DNA of 64,000 bases, taken from NCBI GenBank assembly GCA_018696595.1, contig JABHQW010000008.1, forward strand, positions 64,001 to 128,000. Direction: 5' to 3'. The translations under genes and the position numbers were made by a program. The notes under the pieces were generated by a model, which worked only from the letters and a program-made list of their open reading frames with translations, ran no database searches and was not told the origin of the DNA. Positions 58,354 to 64,000 of this stretch are shown one piece after another. This stretch comes from Candidatus Woesearchaeota archaeon (GTDB lineage: Archaea; Nanobdellota; Nanobdellia; Woesearchaeales; GW2011-AR9). The stretch's first letter is position 1; each line of letters begins with the position of its first letter.

Positions 58354-58491
58354 TTGTAATTACAAGCAAAAGTATAAGTTCGTTGATCGTTATCATAATA
58401 CTCACAAATAATCCCTTTGACTTTCTGTAAAAGATTTTCTTGTTCTTTAGTCAGTTCATCATTATCCAGGTATCTTTCTTTTTCTATTTTT

Positions 58492-58578
58492 TCAACTAAG
58501 ACAGTGAATACAATCAGCACTATCTTGTGCCTGAGCCCCTAAAGTTTGTTCAATTATTTTTTGTTTTGTTTGTTGCAT
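58492..58578 (-). CDS. Small ORF (28 aa) ending DCIHCLS, possibly extended by a +1 frameshift to 58350
   Basis: MQQTKQKIIEQTLGAQAQDSADCIHCLS* with a GGAGA ribosome-binding site. The +1 frame is open for 48 more codons. Confidence 0.35.
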   Translation of the reverse strand: MQQTKQKIIEQTLGAQAQDSADCIHCLS

Positions 58579-58846
58579 TTTATTTTATCTCCACGTTTTG
58601 AGCTCGTCAGCTTATTGATTGATTATTTACTCTAAGAATAATAGAGTTAGAACTAATGATTATGAATATGAATATGAAAAGAAGGGCGGCCACCGGGAGT
58701 TGAACCCGGCCCAAAGGTGCCACAGACCTTTATGCTACCGATACACCATGGCCGCCATGAATTATTGAATAGAAACATATCTCTTTTAAAAAACTTTTTG
58801 TAGTTATAACTAGAATAATAAGAATTACTGACAGTGAATACAATCA
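58500..58846. repeat. 17-bp direct repeat GACAGTGAATACAATCA flanking tRNA-His
   Basis: Exact copies at 58500-58516 and 58830-58846. Confidence 0.85.
58685..58756 (-). tRNA. trnH: tRNA-His (GUG), with G-1 encoded and no CCA encoded
   Basis: G-GCGGCCA / TGGCCGC-C acceptor stem, anticodon arm AAGGT-CTGTGGC-ACCTT, T arm CCGGG-TTCAACT-CCCGG. Confidence 0.95.
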
Positions 58847-58863
58847 ACTCTGGTTTGTGTCAT
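58825..58863 (-). CDS. Micro-ORF (12 aa) MTQTRVDCIHCQ
   Basis: ATG about 25 nt downstream of a TTTAAATATATA box (leaderless geometry). It shares DCIHC with the ORF at 58492-58578. Confidence 0.3.
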   Translation of the reverse strand: MTQTRVDCIHCQ

Positions 58864-58933
58864 CTTATTTATATGAGAATGGAGTATATATTTAAATGTT
58901 TTGGAACAGAATTGTTAAAGGAGGAATATTGTT

Positions 58934-59431
58934 TTAAAATTCCTTTTTGAACAATACATTATAAGTTTCTTTTGTTCTTTTACTATCTCTATAACGTTTA
59001 ATTTCTACAAATCCCATTTTTTTCTGTAATTTTAAAGAAGCAACATTATTAGAACCAACATCTGAATAAATTCCTTTAAATCCTTCAGCACGTATCACTT
59101 TTAGCATAAATTCAGTTAATAGTAATCCAACACCTTTACCCTGATAATCTGGGTCGACACCTATCCCTAAATGATAAGCAAAACCTTTCTTCTCAACTTC
59201 AAATGGACACATTAAAAACGCTTCTGCAGATCCGAAAATAGCGTAACCAATTACTTTTTTTTTCTCAGTGCAAATTAAAAAACTTCTACTAGGAAATTCG
59301 CTTTGAATTGTAGCTTGTACTTTATTCAAAGACATATTCTTAAATCTAAATTTAATATAGCCAACTTTATTCATAACATTAATAATACTAGATATATCGC
59401 TTTTTTTTGCAAGTCTTAACTTTAATGTCAT
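58934..59431 (-). CDS. GNAT family N-acetyltransferase
   Basis: VIGYA, IGVDPDYQGKGVG (acetyl-CoA motif A) and N..SLKL..KMGF motifs. Confidence 0.85.
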   Translation of the reverse strand: MTLKLRLAKKSDISSIINVMNKVGYIKFRFKNMSLNKVQATIQSEFPSRSFLICTEKKKVIGYAIFGSAEAFLMCPFEVEKKGFAYHLGIGVDPDYQGKGVGLLLTEFMLKVIRAEGFKGIYSDVGSNNVASLKLQKKMGFVEIKRYRDSKRTKETYNVLFKKEF

Positions 59432-59476
59432 TGTAATAAAGATATTTCTTGAGTTTATAAAAATGTAACTAAAATA

Positions 59477-60952
59477 CTATATAACCAAGACTTTCTGCTT
59501 TCTAACAACACGAACCTTAACCCACTTAGTGTGTCCTAGAAACTCACCACCTGCCTGAATTGGAAAAGGAACTTCGCTCTCAATAATAAACTTCTTTGCC
59601 TTCAATTTCAAAAGCGGGTTCTTATCTTTGTTTAACATCCCTAATATTAAACCCCAGAAACGAACAGCCTTATTCAAAAAAACATTATGAGTATTAATCA
59701 CAGCAGATGCATAAACATAATTATCATCAGAATCTAAGTTTCCAGTTATAGACCGAACCCCATAACCGTAATAAGGAACTTTACAAATTGTTAAGTTAGG
59801 ACAATTATTTAATTCCCTTTTCTTACCATCTAATTTACAAGAGAAATCGTAATCGGATTTTGCTCTTAACAAAGCTTTGTAACTAGCTTTAATATAATCA
59901 GAAAAGCCAGACTTAGTTCTTTCTTTACTATATCGAGCAACATCAGAATCAATCCCCAATGTAATAAAAGTAGATTGAGTTTTTCCACCTTCCCATTCTA
60001 ATTCTAAAATATCTAAATCAATTTCCATGAAATTAAATCTTGAACGCAAATATTCAAACCGATTACCTTTGTAAAAATAAGAATAATAAGCGTTCCCCGC
60101 ACCTAAAGGAAAGAACCCTAACACTTTCTCATGAAACGGTTTGTAATTCAAAGCCCCTTCAAAAGAACCATCTCCGCCAGCAATAACAACATGATCAAAG
60201 TTTTTCGTTTTTGTTGCTGCTCCAATAAACATATCTTTTTTATTGTGTGATAAAAAAATCAAAGGTGCTTTTCTTCTCTTTGAAAATTTCTTAAGTAATC
60301 TTCTCCTATACTTGCTATGATATCCGCGAGCCCTTTTGTTAGCTAAAACCACCATATTTTCATTCTCAACCTTTCTGCCCACTTTCTTTCTTTTTCTCAA
60401 ACCAAAATGGTAAGCGAACAAATAATGGAAAACTGAAACCACCGAAACAATCACTGCAAAGATTGTCATTAAAACAATAAAAATTTCTGTGTAAACTAAA
60501 AACATTCCATCAACAACATTATCCATAATTAAAAAGTTTTCAATTAACAAACCAAGTACTACGCCGAACTGAGAAGCAACAACTAATTTACTATAAACTT
60601 TTTCTCCTACTAAAATGCTGTCACGAGTAGCAAACCACCTTACAAAGATTGCCACAATTTCTCTAACTACAAAGATTAGTAATAACCAAACAGAAAAAGC
60701 TTCAGTTAAAACAAAAATAAACATTAAAATTAAAGTTAATGTTTTGTCTGCAAACAAATCTAAGAAAGATCCTGCTTTTGTAACTTCATTTCGTTTTCTA
60801 GCAACATAACCATCAACGATATCGCTAATAATAGCAAGAGCAAATAAAAACACAGCAATTGAACTAGCCGTAGCAGTTTCCTGATAAATTAAGTAAATAA
60901 TCACGGGTAAACAGACTATCCGAAATAAAGCAATTAAGTTAGCTATGTTCAT
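59477..60952 (-). CDS. PgsA-like CDP-alcohol phosphatidyltransferase fused to a diacylglycerol-kinase-family (YegS/BmrU-like) domain
   Basis: N-terminal NIANLIALFRI...SDIVDGYVAR-x8-GSFLDLFADK. C-terminal AGGDGS, PLGAGNAY, YYGYG and IQAGGE motifs. Confidence 0.8.
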   Translation of the reverse strand: MNIANLIALFRIVCLPVIIYLIYQETATASSIAVFLFALAIISDIVDGYVARKRNEVTKAGSFLDLFADKTLTLILMFIFVLTEAFSVWLLLIFVVREIVAIFVRWFATRDSILVGEKVYSKLVVASQFGVVLGLLIENFLIMDNVVDGMFLVYTEIFIVLMTIFAVIVSVVSVFHYLFAYHFGLRKRKKVGRKVENENMVVLANKRARGYHSKYRRRLLKKFSKRRKAPLIFLSHNKKDMFIGAATKTKNFDHVVIAGGDGSFEGALNYKPFHEKVLGFFPLGAGNAYYSYFYKGNRFEYLRSRFNFMEIDLDILELEWEGGKTQSTFITLGIDSDVARYSKERTKSGFSDYIKASYKALLRAKSDYDFSCKLDGKKRELNNCPNLTICKVPYYGYGVRSITGNLDSDDNYVYASAVINTHNVFLNKAVRFWGLILGMLNKDKNPLLKLKAKKFIIESEVPFPIQAGGEFLGHTKWVKVRVVRKQKVLVI

Positions 60953-61089
60953 ATAAGATTAAAAATAAAGAACTATTAAAAACGTTTCTAAAAATTGTAT
61001 GAATTAAACTTAAATTAACTTGAAAATTAATGTTTGAGGATAATAATATTTATTAAGTCCATTTACTCTCAGTATTAAAAGAGAGTAAT

Positions 61090-61896
61090 ATGGCAAGTAT
61101 ACTATTTTTAGGCACAGCAGGAAGTTCAGCAGTTGTAAACAAACAACTTAGGTCTTCCGGCGGAATAATTGTGCAAGTAGAAGACTTACAATTCCACCTA
61201 GATCCTGGACCAGGAGCATTAGGTCAAGCTAAAGAATACGGGGTAAATTTACAGCATAATACGGCAATTTGTGTTTCTCACAACCATATTAACCATTGTA
61301 ATGATTTAAATGCAGTAATCGATGCGATGACCCATTCTGGCATTGAACACCGAGGAATCATTCTTGGCAGTAAATCTGTTTTACAAGATAGTGAAACCAG
61401 TCACCCTTATTTAACAAAACATCACCAAAATTTAGTTGAGAAAATCATTCCTTTAGAAAAAAATCATAAAGTTGGAATCGAATTAATTGAAATTAATGCT
61501 TTATCTGCCGAACATACAGATGAAACAGCGATTGGATTCAAATTCTTTTGTCCAAAATTTACTTTAAGTTATACTGGAGATACAAAATTAACTCCACAAT
61601 TAATTGAAGAACTTACTGGAACGGACGTTTTAATTCTTAACGTCCCTTATCCTGGCGATAAAGCTAAAGGATCAAATTTAGATACTGAATCAGCAATTAA
61701 AATTATTTCTCAAGTTAGACCAAAACTAGCAGTTTTAACACATTTCGGCTTAGAAATGTTAAGAGCAGACCCTCTTCAAGAGGCTCGAGAGATTCAAAGA
61801 ATTACTGGCGTGCAAACAATTTCTGCTAAAGATGGCTTGTTAATTTCCCCACAGAATTATGGCAATGCCAGAAGTCCTGTTCGTGGATACGATTAG
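61090..61896 (+). CDS. Metallo-beta-lactamase-fold hydrolase
   Basis: FLGTAG, LDPGPG, SHNHINH (HxHxDH variant), AEH, YTGDT and LTHFG motifs. Confidence 0.8.
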   Translation: MASILFLGTAGSSAVVNKQLRSSGGIIVQVEDLQFHLDPGPGALGQAKEYGVNLQHNTAICVSHNHINHCNDLNAVIDAMTHSGIEHRGIILGSKSVLQDSETSHPYLTKHHQNLVEKIIPLEKNHKVGIELIEINALSAEHTDETAIGFKFFCPKFTLSYTGDTKLTPQLIEELTGTDVLILNVPYPGDKAKGSNLDTESAIKIISQVRPKLAVLTHFGLEMLRADPLQEAREIQRITGVQTISAKDGLLISPQNYGNARSPVRGYD

Positions 61897-62801
61897 ATAA
61901 GCATCCCAATTAACCAAACAACTAACAGTCCTAAAAAGCACCCTGCAGAAATGAAAGGCATAGCAGGATAAAATCTTTTTTCTTTACCAATAAACATTAA
62001 TAATCCCAATCCAAGTAAAGCAAAGAATGGTATTAGTAAAGCTTGCCATAAACCAATTTCTTTTAGAATAACTCCAGCAAAGATTAAGGGGAATCCAATA
62101 TCTCCGCCACCTAAAAGAGCAGTTCTAACTTTCTGTGGAATCTTTTTTACTTTCGCTTTGATCTTCTTGTTAGTGGCTTTTTTTATTTTAGATTTCTTAG
62201 CTTTCCCAAGTTTGTAAGGAATTAATAAACCAGCAAACATGTTTGCTTTCGCTTGCGACTTTGCCAATTTAATCATATGTTTAGATTTCCAGACAGCGTA
62301 AGCATCGTAAGCAGAAATGATAACCAATAAAATTGAAACTGATAATAAATTGAATATTGGAACAAAGATAATTGCTAATCCACCATAAATAAATAATTCA
62401 GTAAAGTTCTGAACCCAAACATTTGGTTTGAACACTTTCCAGATTGCTAATATTAAAGCTAACAAAAGTGCTATTTCCATTCTGATAAAAGCACCAAAGG
62501 CAACAAATAAAGATATTAATACTGCAATTAAAAACCAACCCTTCCATAACCAGATTGCGTTGAATTTTATTATTAAAAATAATAATCCAGTTCCAACTAA
62601 GATTGCTAAAACGATTGGCAAATAAGAAACATCTTCATCTATCGGCGGTCTTTCTCCAAAAGGTAATTCTTCAAACGTTGTTTCTCCTGTTTCTAAAGTC
62701 TTTTCTGTATCAATCGATTGATGAAGAGCAGCAATTCCAATAAACTGTGCTAGTAAAAATATTGCTAAAAGAATAATAGTAATCTTCACACCGTGTTTCA
62801 T
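61893..62801 (-). CDS. Presenilin-family intramembrane aspartyl protease (PSH)
   Basis: YD (SAYDAY), GxGD (LGGGDIGFP) and PAM (YPAMPF) motifs, about 9 TMs. Confidence 0.9.
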   Translation of the reverse strand: MKHGVKITIILLAIFLLAQFIGIAALHQSIDTEKTLETGETTFEELPFGERPPIDEDVSYLPIVLAILVGTGLLFLIIKFNAIWLWKGWFLIAVLISLFVAFGAFIRMEIALLLALILAIWKVFKPNVWVQNFTELFIYGGLAIIFVPIFNLLSVSILLVIISAYDAYAVWKSKHMIKLAKSQAKANMFAGLLIPYKLGKAKKSKIKKATNKKIKAKVKKIPQKVRTALLGGGDIGFPLIFAGVILKEIGLWQALLIPFFALLGLGLLMFIGKEKRFYPAMPFISAGCFLGLLVVWLIGMLI

Positions 62802-62841
62802 GAAGAGAATTATATTTTATTGGTTTATATAATTTGCTGAA

Positions 62842-63795
62842 TTACTTGAACAACTTTTTATAGAATTCTTCTCTGCCAACACTGTCTAAGAACTCAAGTC
62901 TCTTTAAACATTTAATAAAAACATCTTCACCTTCATATTTTTTATAGAAAAACCAACCCATATAAGTAAAAATAACCATTTTTATTCCGTCAAACAAATG
63001 TTTTTTCTCAGTTTCAGAAAGTTTTCTATATTTCAAGTAATCTTTCAATAAAGATCTTGCCCTAACAAAATTAAACTTTCTTTCTCTCATCCAAGCCCAA
63101 TAATAAATAAAATTGGCAACATCAAAAATTAGATGAGTATAACAAGCATCATCAAAATCTAAAACCCCAACTATTTTATCACCATCAAATTTCAAATTGG
63201 TAATATCCCAATCCCCATGACATACCCCTTTTGGGAGAGAACCAGATAATTTAACTTTATTAATCTCATCTCTTAGAAATTGTAACCTTTCTTTACCTTT
63301 AGTCTTTGATTTAAATCGTTTTGCTTCAACCTTTGCAATATCTAAACAAAACTTTTTATCCTTAGTTTCTCTAACATCCCAATAATCAGGCCTATAACCT
63401 TGTGAAATATTGTGAAGTTTAGCTAAATACTTTCCTAACTCATGAGATTGAATTTTATTTGGCTTCTTAATGTGCTTTCCTTTAATATAATCAAAAATAG
63501 CATAATATTTCTCCTTATATTTTCCTATGAAGTCTCCATGAACATTTCTAATAGGGGTTGGACAGGGATATTTATGGTCATAAAAATAATGAAGAATATT
63601 AACTTCAAAAAGAATATATTTTCTGGATCTATGCTCATAGTATCTTAAAACAAATTTCCCCTTAGTTGTTTTAAGCAAAATATTTGTTTGTACAGTCCCT
63701 TCTTTGAATGGTCTTGAACTCTTTAATTGACCGAGATTATAACCTACAAGAATTTTATTTAACTCCTCTTTTGAAAATTTTTTTTTAGCAACCAT
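62842..63795 (-). CDS. APH/choline-kinase-fold phosphotransferase, homoserine kinase type II-like
   Basis: G.VQTN.LL.T..GKFVLR, LAKLH, CHGDWDITN and LDFDD motifs. Confidence 0.75.
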   Translation of the reverse strand: MVAKKKFSKEELNKILVGYNLGQLKSSRPFKEGTVQTNILLKTTKGKFVLRYYEHRSRKYILFEVNILHYFYDHKYPCPTPIRNVHGDFIGKYKEKYYAIFDYIKGKHIKKPNKIQSHELGKYLAKLHNISQGYRPDYWDVRETKDKKFCLDIAKVEAKRFKSKTKGKERLQFLRDEINKVKLSGSLPKGVCHGDWDITNLKFDGDKIVGVLDFDDACYTHLIFDVANFIYYWAWMRERKFNFVRARSLLKDYLKYRKLSETEKKHLFDGIKMVIFTYMGWFFYKKYEGEDVFIKCLKRLEFLDSVGREEFYKKLFK

Positions 63796-63859
63796 CTATA
63801 AAAACTAATTAGAATTCTTGATTATATAAATTTTATTCCTTTTTAATTATTTATCAACC

Positions 63860-64000
63860 CTAACTAAATCCGACACCACTAAAGCTAGTCTCAAATTCTT
63901 TCTCTTTCTTAACCGCAGCGAATTCCTTAAACAGAGGAATCTTAATCGGAACTGCAAACTTAGTAAACGTTGAAGTTACTAAAGCTTCCCCTTTATCTAA
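63860..64000 (-). CDS. C-terminal fragment of a probable HerA/DUF87-like ATPase
   Basis: [22 protein letters not shown]...GFS* resembles the end of HerA-family helicases; the rest of the gene lies outside the window. Confidence 0.5.
   Translation of the reverse strand, partial: LDKGEALVTSTFTKFAVPIKIPLFKEFAAVKKEKEFETSFSGVGFS

Noticed and set aside
58661-58678. TATGAA x3 tandem downstream of tRNA-His
   Set aside because: Short AT-rich microsatellite within a probable U-rich terminator zone.
58500-58846. 17-bp direct repeats as a mini-CRISPR
   Set aside because: There are only two copies, 330 bp apart, too short for CRISPR repeats, with a tRNA between them and no cas genes.
58653-58847. 64-aa ORF MIVFTVSNS...
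   Set aside because: It runs straight through the tRNA-His gene on the same strand, so it is very unlikely to be coding.
722-63648. Many short antisense or overlapping ORFs in the track (for example 722-925, 1489-1764, 6007-6255, 6571-6990, 15097-15495, 21399-21698, 53631-54056, 57648-57998)
   Set aside because: They lie opposite or inside well-supported genes and have no motifs; these are shadow ORFs.
62842-63795. LicA choline kinase completing a lic pathway
   Set aside because: It lies about 35 kb from the LicC-like gene, and its N-terminal motifs look closer to type II homoserine kinase. It cannot be excluded without a search.

Overview
AT-rich archaeal DNA, inferred to come from a DPANN (Woesearchaeales-like) genome. 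The evidence is aMBF1, an AglB/STT3 oligosaccharyltransferase, type II MAP, a presenilin homologue, a stand-alone 5S rRNA and TATA boxes about 25 nt upstream of starts. About 55 kb (1-54,900) is one surface-glycosylation island. It holds an AglB fused to a parvulin PPIase, four further GT-C membrane glycosyltransferases, three DPM1-like lipid-P-sugar synthases, a DPPR-synthase-type UbiA, four GT4s, one processive GT2, a flippase, and nucleotide-sugar enzymes (RmlB fusion, Gmd, Ugd, WecB, HAD-type PMM, NDP-sugar synthases). Embedded at about 14.2-32.2 kb is a complete phosphonate (C-P bond) biosynthesis and attachment kit. It comprises a PEP mutase-NTP-transferase fusion, phosphonopyruvate decarboxylase, and a 1164-aa four-domain enzyme (Fe-ADH + HxGH cytidylyltransferase + LicC/PntC-like cytidylyltransferase + AEP transaminase). 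It also includes LicD, a LicC-like protein, two CDP-alcohol phosphotransferases with the same altered motif, a B12-binding radical SAM protein and a methyltransferase. This points to phosphonylated N-glycans or surface lipids. The last 10 kb holds housekeeping genes (map, hisS, tRNA-His, PSH, a HerA-like fragment), a PgsA-lipid-kinase fusion, a 93-bp MITE-like element, and two tiny DCIHC-ending ORFs flanking tRNA-His. All functional calls come from motif reading only; no database searches were run.
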